64,000 nucleotides of DNA. It comes from an uncultured Gammaproteobacteria bacterium (GTDB lineage Bacteria; Pseudomonadota; Gammaproteobacteria; Xanthomonadales; SZUA-36). Where the stretch lies: positions 1,129,695 to 1,193,694 of the forward strand of contig CAWDDX010000007.1 of assembly GCA_963801195.1 (NCBI GenBank), read 5' to 3'. The position numbers and the translations under genes are program-made. The notes under the pieces were generated by a model. It was given only the letters and a program-made list of their open reading frames with translations, did no database searches and had not been told where the DNA came from. This document shows positions 51,069 to 58,443 of the stretch, in pieces (position 1 is the first letter of the stretch; each line of letters opens with the position of its first letter).

Positions 51069-53504
51069 TTACTCGTTGATTTCACGTGCCACCCGGAAAC
51101 CGGTAAAGTCATTACGATCGCCATTTTTCAGGTTGAAGCGCGCCGGCAGCCTGATTTCTTTTGAGCCGGTGATCCATGAACCCCCACGGGTGATGTGTGA
51201 ACTGCAGATACCACGCCCCCAGGCGCTGCCGTCCACGGGCGCATCGACGTAGGACAGGTTCATGCAATCGGCGGTCCATTCCGAGACATTGCCGATGGTG
51301 TCGTACAAACCAAACGCGTTGGCCCTGAATGTACCCACCGGGGTGGTGCCCAATGCCGTTTGGTCACGGCACTGTTCGTGCTGCCACTTGAAACCGGTTT
51401 CAGCCCCGGCGACGTTGCCGTACTCGCAGACGATCGCGGGGTGTCCGCCGGGCCAATCGCTTTCCTGACCGGCCCTTGCGACGTATTCCCACTCGCTCTC
51501 ACTTGGCAGACGGTAGCTTTGACCGGTTTTCTCACTCAGCCAGTGTACGTATTCCTCAGCGTCATTCCACGAGACCATGATCACCGGCCGGCTGCCCCTT
51601 CCCCAGCCATTGTCACCCGGCTGTGCAGTACAGCCTTTATCGTTGAAACACCTGTCCCACTCGGCCATCGTTATCTCGTAAACACTGACGGCGAACGGTT
51701 TGCCGATGGTCACCAGCCTGCGGGGTTTTTCCATGCCGAGCGCCAGCGGTGAGTCCTCCGCCGATCCCTGCCAGAAGGCAGCCGAAGGTATCACCATCAT
51801 CGTGGGGCAGTCACTGCAATCCTTGAATGTCTTGCCCGGGCGCAGGGTCAGGTCATCGATATGCTGCAGTGCGGAGGCGATATTCACGCCCTTGGGAAAA
51901 GCGTCGATGTAGGCCTGGAAGGCCTCCTTGTTATTTAGCTTCAACGCGGTCTGGAAAGCCATGTCGTCTTCGGACTGGTCCTTGAGCAGGCGGCGTATAC
52001 GTGTCGCTTCTTCGATGTGCAGTCCGGCGGGCCATTCGCTGATGTAGCGGTCGAACGACTTCACCGTACGTTCACTGTTTGCGTTTTCCCAGGCCAGGTT
52101 GTCCAGTCTTTCGCGTTCCAGCCTTTCCCTTTCCTTTTTGGCCTCAGCTTGTTGGATGGCCTCGATACGCTGCAGCGCCTCGGCCTGGTGAATGCCGTCG
52201 GGGAAGACCTCGAGGTAGTCTTCATAGGCGGGTACGCGGTCCTCGGCAGACAGTGTTTTCCAGCTGTTTTCGTCCAGTATGTCCAGTTGTGTTTCGGCCT
52301 GGTCGCGGTAGATGGATTCGGGGAAATCGCTGATGAAACGCCGGTAGCCGAGCACCGTATCGGCTTTCAGTGCGCCTTGCCAGCGCTCCAGTTCCTGCGA
52401 TGATGGCTCCCGTGCGCGTTCCGTCGGTGCCACCGACGGCGATGACTCATCTGGTCCCGGCGTGCCGGCGGTCGTTGTTGGCTGCGGTGATTCACCGGTT
52501 AGCAGGTATATCCCCACGGCGGTCATGGTCAGCAGGAAAACGCCCAGAAGTATCATGGGCAACCATTCCCTGCCTTCCTTTGCATACGCATCCGTTTTCC
52601 CGGCAACGACCACCGAGCGGTGCCAGTCGAGGCTTTTAAACGATTTTTTCCATATCCCGACATCCCTGGGGCGCTCAAACCATGGCACTTTCAAGCCCAG
52701 GTCCACCGCGTCTGTCAATCCGCCATACAGACCGGTGGGCGCGAGTTCGGAAAATGCCGTCAATGGATCTGTTTCACCGATCGACAGCGCTTCCTGACGT
52801 ATCACTGCCGGGGTCGGGATCTTGCCGGTCACACAGCGGTACAGCGTGGCTGACAGGCCGTAAATATCGGTCCATGGACCAATCGGATCATCCGCATCCG
52901 ATTGCTCGGGAGCGGCATATCCTTCGCTGCCCAGTCTCGGTGTTTTCCCGGACGCTGCAGCCACACCGAAATCCAGCAATACGGGATCGCCTTGCTCCAT
53001 CATGTAGATGTTGCCGGGTTTGATATCCTGGTGAACCACACCCGCTTTGTGCATGTATTCGAGCGCGTCCATCAGCGGCAGCATCAGGGATTTTGCTTCT
53101 TCTCGATTGAAGGCGCCGTGGGATTCGATCAGCTGATGCAGTGCCTGTCCCTTGTAATAGGGCATCAGGAAATAGGCCGTACCATTGGCCTCAAAGTATC
53201 TTAAAACCTTGACAATATTGGGGTGATCGAGTGCGGCAACGATACGTGCTTCATGCAAAAAAAGTTTCAGACCCTGTGCAAAGGCCGGCGACGCTGCCGG
53301 GTCATTCGGAATGACTTTGCCGTCCTCGCCCCTGGTTACCAGTTTGGCGGGCAGGTACTCCTTGAGCGCAAACCGTGTGCCGATCGCAGGGTCGGTCACC
53401 ATGTAGGTGATACCGGTCGCGCCAACACCGAGGATGGCATTGATCTGCAAGTCGCCGATATGGGATCCGGGCTGAAGCCCTGATGACTGCACGGTCATGC
53501 CCAT
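51069..53504 (-). CDS. transmembrane Ser/Thr protein kinase with periplasmic repeats and C-terminal FGE/SUMF1-like domain
   Basis: Kinase motifs LGVGATGITY, ALKEY, HQDIKPGN, DFG, APE. One TM helix (MILLGVFLLTMTAVGIYLL). Four ~25-aa repeats. FGE-sulfatase pattern (RLPSESEWEYVARAG, GLYDTIGNVSEWT, RGGSW). Confidence 0.85.
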   Translation of the reverse strand: MGMTVQSSGLQPGSHIGDLQINAILGVGATGITYMVTDPAIGTRFALKEYLPAKLVTRGEDGKVIPNDPAASPAFAQGLKLFLHEARIVAALDHPNIVKVLRYFEANGTAYFLMPYYKGQALHQLIESHGAFNREEAKSLMLPLMDALEYMHKAGVVHQDIKPGNIYMMEQGDPVLLDFGVAAASGKTPRLGSEGYAAPEQSDADDPIGPWTDIYGLSATLYRCVTGKIPTPAVIRQEALSIGETDPLTAFSELAPTGLYGGLTDAVDLGLKVPWFERPRDVGIWKKSFKSLDWHRSVVVAGKTDAYAKEGREWLPMILLGVFLLTMTAVGIYLLTGESPQPTTTAGTPGPDESSPSVAPTERAREPSSQELERWQGALKADTVLGYRRFISDFPESIYRDQAETQLDILDENSWKTLSAEDRVPAYEDYLEVFPDGIHQAEALQRIEAIQQAEAKKERERLERERLDNLAWENANSERTVKSFDRYISEWPAGLHIEEATRIRRLLKDQSEDDMAFQTALKLNNKEAFQAYIDAFPKGVNIASALQHIDDLTLRPGKTFKDCSDCPTMMVIPSAAFWQGSAEDSPLALGMEKPRRLVTIGKPFAVSVYEITMAEWDRCFNDKGCTAQPGDNGWGRGSRPVIMVSWNDAEEYVHWLSEKTGQSYRLPSESEWEYVARAGQESDWPGGHPAIVCEYGNVAGAETGFKWQHEQCRDQTALGTTPVGTFRANAFGLYDTIGNVSEWTADCMNLSYVDAPVDGSAWGRGICSSHITRGGSWITGSKEIRLPARFNLKNGDRNDFTGFRVAREINE

Positions 53505-55018
53505 TCCGCCTCTTGTTTGACCACGTGGATCGTCACTTGCACATCACCCAGGAATATTTCGTCATCGGTTCCAATATACATGATCTCACCGGGCAGACAG
53601 GGCACATCACCGATGAAGCTGCCGTTTCGGGAGCCCAGGTCGGAAAAGGTAATCCATTCGCCCTCGGATTGAATGCGGGCATGGCGGCGGCTGATGGCCG
53701 CGTGTTCAATGGCAATATCCGCGTCACCCCTGCCAATCACGATATCTATCTGATCGATATCGATAAAACAGAAGCGCTTGAAAGACCTGTCGGAATCGAG
53801 CAACCCCTCGACGATGAGAACACCGTTGCATCCGTCGGGCCGTGTGCCCCACGCCGGCAACTCCAGGTCATAGACAGGCGCCGAGCGGGGCTTGAACGCG
53901 CTGCTTTCAGACCCGGTTTCCAAGGGCGCCGTCACCGGTTCGTCGGACGCCGGCTGAACGGTTGCGGCGGGTTCGGTCGAGGTCGTCGGCGGTGAGGGCG
54001 TGGTGCTGAGCCGGAATAAGAAAATACCTTTCCAGATGAAAACTCCGAGGACGATGAGTCCGAGCAGCGGCAGCCAGGCAGGAACATTGTGCCAGAACGG
54101 TGATGGTTCCTTTGTATTGCTTAGCGTTACCTGGCTTGCTGGCGTAATGGGGGCATCCCGTGTCGGGGTCCCGGTCGGTTCGTTGACAGTTGGTTCAGTT
54201 ACAGAGGGTTCTTCAAGGGCTCTCTCCTGTTTAGCCTCCACGACCGGTTCATGCGACTTTTCAGCTTCAAGCGGCGTATCTTTGTCGCTTGCGGTTTTGG
54301 CCGCTGATGATCCTGTGCCTGCAACGGGTTGCTCGCAGATGGCTTTGGGCACACTGATCTGCAGTACGTCAAGGTCACGGAGCAGGTCTTCTCCAAACAG
54401 GACTGAAGCGATTTTGTCACCATCCAGGCTTTGCGGTCCGCGGGCCAGGCTGGCGCCTGCGAGGTAACCGCAACTATCGAGAATCGCTCCGGTGACGTAG
54501 GGCAGGGGTGTTTCGGCTGAAATTGAAAGCTGACCGGTTTGTCCATCACGCAATACTTTCACCGGCAGCTTGAGGGGTTGCGCGCCTTTTGCGATGTACT
54601 CCGCCGGCGGGAACGCTTCCAGGTGCAGTGTTCCGCCAGTCTCCAGCGCATTGGCGGACAGCTTGATGCCCGGCCGCTTGAGACCCTTGACCGACAGGAA
54701 TGCCATATCGCCGGTGCCGGTATCGTCAACGATCTGGGCGGGACGGCCATTGCTGAGAATGTCGGCGCCGCCATCGAGCACGATCATTTCGCCGTCTTCA
54801 GCGGCAAATTCTGCAGGTACCATCACGATCCCGTCGTCCGAAACCACGATACCCGTGGTCGGCTTGACCAGCGTTTTCGAAACCAGTTTGAGGACCAGGA
54901 CCACCGATGGAGAAATCTGGACGGTTTGCTGAGCCGTGGCGGCCTGGGTCTGGGCCAGGGCGATGAGCAACAGCACAAGCCGGCTCAGAAACCCTTCACT
55001 CAAACGCCCGTCAAGCAT
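53495..55018 (-). CDS. bitopic protein: periplasmic trypsin-like (probably inactive) domain, TM helix, cytoplasmic FHA domain
   Basis: The signal peptide starts at MLDGRL. TM helix WLPLLGLIVLGVFIWKGIFLF. C-terminal FHA signature GRGDADIAIEHAAISRRHARI...GSRNGSFI. The track ORF extends to 55063. Confidence 0.7.
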   Translation of the reverse strand: MLDGRLSEGFLSRLVLLLIALAQTQAATAQQTVQISPSVVLVLKLVSKTLVKPTTGIVVSDDGIVMVPAEFAAEDGEMIVLDGGADILSNGRPAQIVDDTGTGDMAFLSVKGLKRPGIKLSANALETGGTLHLEAFPPAEYIAKGAQPLKLPVKVLRDGQTGQLSISAETPLPYVTGAILDSCGYLAGASLARGPQSLDGDKIASVLFGEDLLRDLDVLQISVPKAICEQPVAGTGSSAAKTASDKDTPLEAEKSHEPVVEAKQERALEEPSVTEPTVNEPTGTPTRDAPITPASQVTLSNTKEPSPFWHNVPAWLPLLGLIVLGVFIWKGIFLFRLSTTPSPPTTSTEPAATVQPASDEPVTAPLETGSESSAFKPRSAPVYDLELPAWGTRPDGCNGVLIVEGLLDSDRSFKRFCFIDIDQIDIVIGRGDADIAIEHAAISRRHARIQSEGEWITFSDLGSRNGSFIGDVPCLPGEIMYIGTDDEIFLGDVQVTIHVVKQEAEWA

Positions 55019-55023
55019 CTGTA

Positions 55024-55770
55024 TCAAGGTGAATAAAGCCGGTTGATCAGGTTGTCCAGGCAATATTGCCCGGAGCGATTGAGCGTGTTTTCTTCCCTGC
55101 CCTGGATCAGGTTTTGCAGGAATACCAGTATGGCCGCCATCACCAAAGCCAATAACGTAGTGCTGAAAGCGACACCGAGGCGTTCCGTGACCTGGTACAG
55201 CATTTCAGGACTCTCGACGTTGGCCCGGTCACCTGCGTAATTCAGCGCCAGCATGATGCCGATGACGGTGCCGATAAAACCGAGCGAAGGAATCAGCCAG
55301 GTGATGTAGCGGATCATGTTATAACGCAGATCAAGCTCGTGCAGAAAGAGCTCGAGACTCGAGTTCAACAGTGCATTGGTCTGATCCACTGACTGGCCCA
55401 GATTGAAATTTAGCACACAGCGCTCGATCAAACGTGGCAGAAAGCAGATGTTCCTGTATTTGCTGCTGTGAACTTTCTGATAGATAGGCGTCAGGTCGTC
55501 ACCGGGCCGAAGTACGGTTTCATCATCGAGCGGCAGGTAGTTGCGGTCAAACTGGCTTTCGTCAAGACGACCGGCGCGCCAGCGCAGGGTCAATTCACCC
55601 AGACCGAAGAAGAAAGCGACCCAAATGATGTTTTGCACCGTGAGCGGCCATGAGGCCCGCTTGATATCCAGCATGATGGCGGCCGCGCTTGGCGGAAGTA
55701 TTCTCGCCAGCAGGGCGATCACCAGGACGGACGTAACCAGGCTGATTAATAATGTGATTTGTCGAGTCAT
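55024..55770 (-). CDS. MotA/TolQ/ExbB-family proton-channel protein
   Basis: 248 aa. The family core is IPSLGFIGTVIGIMLAL...GVAFSTTLLALVMAAILVFL. Confidence 0.8.
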   Translation of the reverse strand: MTRQITLLISLVTSVLVIALLARILPPSAAAIMLDIKRASWPLTVQNIIWVAFFFGLGELTLRWRAGRLDESQFDRNYLPLDDETVLRPGDDLTPIYQKVHSSKYRNICFLPRLIERCVLNFNLGQSVDQTNALLNSSLELFLHELDLRYNMIRYITWLIPSLGFIGTVIGIMLALNYAGDRANVESPEMLYQVTERLGVAFSTTLLALVMAAILVFLQNLIQGREENTLNRSGQYCLDNLINRLYSP

Positions 55771-55791
55771 TCTGTGTCTGAGCCTTGAAGG

Positions 55792-56226
55792 TTAAGGATT
55801 GACGGACCGGTCATCTTCGATTTTACCGGTTAAGGGGTTTCGCCGGGGTTTGTTCATTAAAGGCCCGTGGTCCGGATTTCCCGAGGATGGCCTGGCGGTG
55901 GTTTTTCCGTACCTGAGATGAAAGTGTCTCGCCTCGAGCCGAGTATTCGTTCGCTTGCCGAAGATCGCTGTGAGGGTCTCCAGCGGCACTTCAACGTCGC
56001 CGAAGCGGATACGGTCGCCGATACACAAGGTGATCTTTTTCACACGGATCCAGCGTTCGTTGCGATTTAAATAGGTGCCATTGCTGGAACCCGTGTCATG
56101 TATCGTCACGAGACCGTCGCCGGCTACTTCGAGACGGGCGTGCAGACGGGAAAGCGTCGCGTGGTCGAGGACGAGGTCGCAGGCAGGGTCCCGTCCGCAT
56201 GTCTTGATTTCCGTTCCAGTACTCAC
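55792..56226 (-). CDS. stand-alone FHA-domain protein
   Basis: 144 aa. CGRDPACDLVLDHATLSRLHARL...GSSNGTYLN (canonical G-R, S-x-x-H, N-G residues) and a basic C-terminal tail. Confidence 0.85.
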   Translation of the reverse strand: MSTGTEIKTCGRDPACDLVLDHATLSRLHARLEVAGDGLVTIHDTGSSNGTYLNRNERWIRVKKITLCIGDRIRFGDVEVPLETLTAIFGKRTNTRLEARHFHLRYGKTTARPSSGNPDHGPLMNKPRRNPLTGKIEDDRSVNP

Positions 56227-56365
56227 AGGAGCTCTTTGTCCTTTGTCATCCTATTCGTTTGAGTGCGGCAGGCCATCTGTTGAAAGGCCCCTCGCCCGGC
56301 ATTCCGGAGAAATTTGTAATCAACCCGGCAGTATACTGCATTCAATTCCATGAATCGTAAATCGC

Positions 56366-57304
56366 TCATTGTGCCAGTGCCAGGAAGCCGCCGGAGTTGG
56401 CGCGCGCCAGGTTCTCCATGAATTCGACTGTTCCCTTGTATTTGAAATAGTCGCCAATGGTCACCGCATGGATTTCAACACCCCTGGTATTTGACATGAC
56501 GATATCCTGGATCAGCGCCCTGGGCGGCAGACCGCCGTTGTAGGCCGGGTTGGGCAGGCCGTCACTGAGCAGGATTACCGCTTCCGCAGGTGTCTTCAGG
56601 GCCTCGGCAAACGCATCCCGGAGCGAAGACGAGCCTTCGAATTTACCGGCCAACTGACGTGCGAAACGCTGGGCCTGCGCACGGTTTGCGGGGTTCATCG
56701 CAACCAGTCCTCCATTTTCCGGAAAACGATGATAACGGGGGCCTGAATCCAGTTGCTGAAAACCGAGAATACCAAACTCGTATCCCGGTTTGAGTGAGTC
56801 GAGTGCACGCATCACGGTTTTGGCAACCAATGCCTCGTGGTCAGCGAGATACTTGTTCATATCGACGAGCAGCAGAATGCGGGTCTTGTCGGTTTTCAAA
56901 CCGAGGAAACGAAACGTCACCAGGTTGCTGCCCTGCTTTTCTTCCGTCTCTACGGGGCTCGGCGGGGGAGGTGGCGGCTTGTCGTTGCGCGCCTGCAGTT
57001 TGGCGCGGACGGCCTCCAGTTCACTCGACATGATCTCCTGTTCCGCCTGCAGTTCCATCTCGCGGCTCTGCGCCTTACTGAGCGCATCGTTCATGCTGAC
57101 AATACCCTTCTCGGTATCGTTCATGATCGCTTCGGTCTCCCCTTTCAACGATTCGATATATTCGAGGTGCCCTTCCAGCCTGACTTCTTTTTGGTAATCC
57201 GGCATCAGGATAATCGTGATGATGATGAACGCGCCCATTGCCGAGGCGAACAGGTCGATGGCCGAGAGCGAAAAAACACCCATGTGCCGCAGGCGTGATT
57301 TCAT
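56366..57304 (-). CDS. MotB/ExbD-like TM anchor + coiled coil + vWA domain (degenerate MIDAS)
   Basis: 312 aa. TM helix with Asp (FSLSAIDLFASAMGAFIIITIIL), a heptad-rich segment, a poly-Pro linker, and a vWA core (ILLLVDMNKY, LLSDGLPN). Paralog of the adjacent gene. Confidence 0.7.
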   Translation of the reverse strand: MKSRLRHMGVFSLSAIDLFASAMGAFIIITIILMPDYQKEVRLEGHLEYIESLKGETEAIMNDTEKGIVSMNDALSKAQSREMELQAEQEIMSSELEAVRAKLQARNDKPPPPPPSPVETEEKQGSNLVTFRFLGLKTDKTRILLLVDMNKYLADHEALVAKTVMRALDSLKPGYEFGILGFQQLDSGPRYHRFPENGGLVAMNPANRAQAQRFARQLAGKFEGSSSLRDAFAEALKTPAEAVILLSDGLPNPAYNGGLPPRALIQDIVMSNTRGVEIHAVTIGDYFKYKGTVEFMENLARANSGGFLALAQ

Positions 57305-58230
57305 TTGGAAACACCCACGAAATCGCCGCCGTTCAGGCGGGCGAGCGTTTGCATGAAAAGAACCAGGTTACGGTTGTGCGTGTAGTCGCCAATCGCCACG
57401 GTGTGAATTTCAGTCCGCCGGAACTGGTTGAGCTGGGTGATGTTATCGATAATGAAACCGGGCGGGCTGTTGGGTTCGCCGTCGCTCATAAGGATAATGG
57501 CGCTGGCCGGGTATTCCAACGCTGCCTGTAGGGCAAAATGCGTCGGTGTCGAACCGACGAATTTACGCACCAGCGACTGTGTAAAGTCTGCCGCCAGCCC
57601 CAGGTTTTCCCTGGTGGCGGGAAGCAGGCGGTTACCGGTGGGGAAGCTCCAAAGCACCGGTTGCGGGTTACCGTGATAGCCGAGAATGGCGAACTGGTTG
57701 GATTCATCCAGGGGTTTGAGAATGGCGAGCACAGAGTCGATCATTTCCCGTTCGTACTGCAGCATACTACCTGACATGTCCACGACGATGACGAAGGACT
57801 TGGCCTCGGTGGCGAGACCCAGGATTGAGAATTCGACACCGTGGGTCAGAGCCTTGGGTTCCGGTTCGGGATTGATGACCTCGACCGGTTCGGTGACCGG
57901 CGTTGGCAGCGCGGCCAACTGGTTCTTGACGTCCATCAACTGCTTGCGCAGGCGCGAGACCTGCTGTTCCTGCCCCTGGTTGGTCTCGGTCAGTTCATCC
58001 AGTTCACTTTGCAGTTCCTGCTGGCGGGCTTTCAGGTCTTCCAACTCCCCGGCAGCCAGGCGGCGCTGCTCCATGATCGCCTGTGTCCTGGCAAAGGAGT
58101 CATCGGGGCCGGCATGACGGTAATAGGGGAATAGCAGCATTACCAGTAGAATAAACGCGCCCAGGGCCGAGGCGAACAAGTCGATGGCCGAGGTCGAAAA
58201 AACAGCGGTGTCTCTATCCGGGATTCTCAA
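57301..58230 (-). CDS. MotB/ExbD-like TM anchor + coiled coil + vWA domain (intact MIDAS-like DxSxS)
   Basis: 309 aa. TM helix with Asp (FSTSAIDLFASALGAFILLVMLL), a coiled-coil-like segment, a Pro-rich linker, and a vWA core (FVIVVDMSGSM, LMSDGEPN). 4-nt overlap with its paralog. Confidence 0.7.
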   Translation of the reverse strand: MRIPDRDTAVFSTSAIDLFASALGAFILLVMLLFPYYRHAGPDDSFARTQAIMEQRRLAAGELEDLKARQQELQSELDELTETNQGQEQQVSRLRKQLMDVKNQLAALPTPVTEPVEVINPEPEPKALTHGVEFSILGLATEAKSFVIVVDMSGSMLQYEREMIDSVLAILKPLDESNQFAILGYHGNPQPVLWSFPTGNRLLPATRENLGLAADFTQSLVRKFVGSTPTHFALQAALEYPASAIILMSDGEPNSPPGFIIDNITQLNQFRRTEIHTVAIGDYTHNRNLVLFMQTLARLNGGDFVGVSK

Positions 58231-58443
58231 GGATATTTTTACTTATGATTGAAGTATCAAGTTGACATGAAAGATTGCGTTTTTGTTCAATGCCGGTTCA
58301 AGTTCTGGACGATTTTGCATGTGATATATGATACCCGCACTGCGCTCAAGCTACGTTAAAATGTTGTTTAATGCTGTTTCCCGGAGGTGTCCCGGGACCT
58401 GTCCGGGTCACGGTGACCTGATTGAGGATGACGAACGGTCAAC

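Noticed and set aside
53483-55036. Plus-strand ORFs of 155-170 aa opposite the FHA/trypsin-like gene
   Set aside because: They are shadow ORFs of a GC-rich gene and have no motifs.
51069-58230. Interpretation as a type VI secretion threonine-phosphorylation (PpkA/Fha/PppA) module
   Set aside because: No T6SS structural genes (TssB/C, Hcp, VgrG, TssM and others) and no PP2C phosphatase occur in or near the cluster. The kinase carries an FGE-like domain, not a vWA ectodomain.
51069-58230. Interpretation as a Zorya, Ton or Tol system because of the MotA/ExbB-like gene
   Set aside because: The channel protein is short (248 aa), without the long ZorA tail. No ZorC/ZorD-like, TonB, TolA/TolB/Pal or peptidoglycan-binding MotB-type domains are present.
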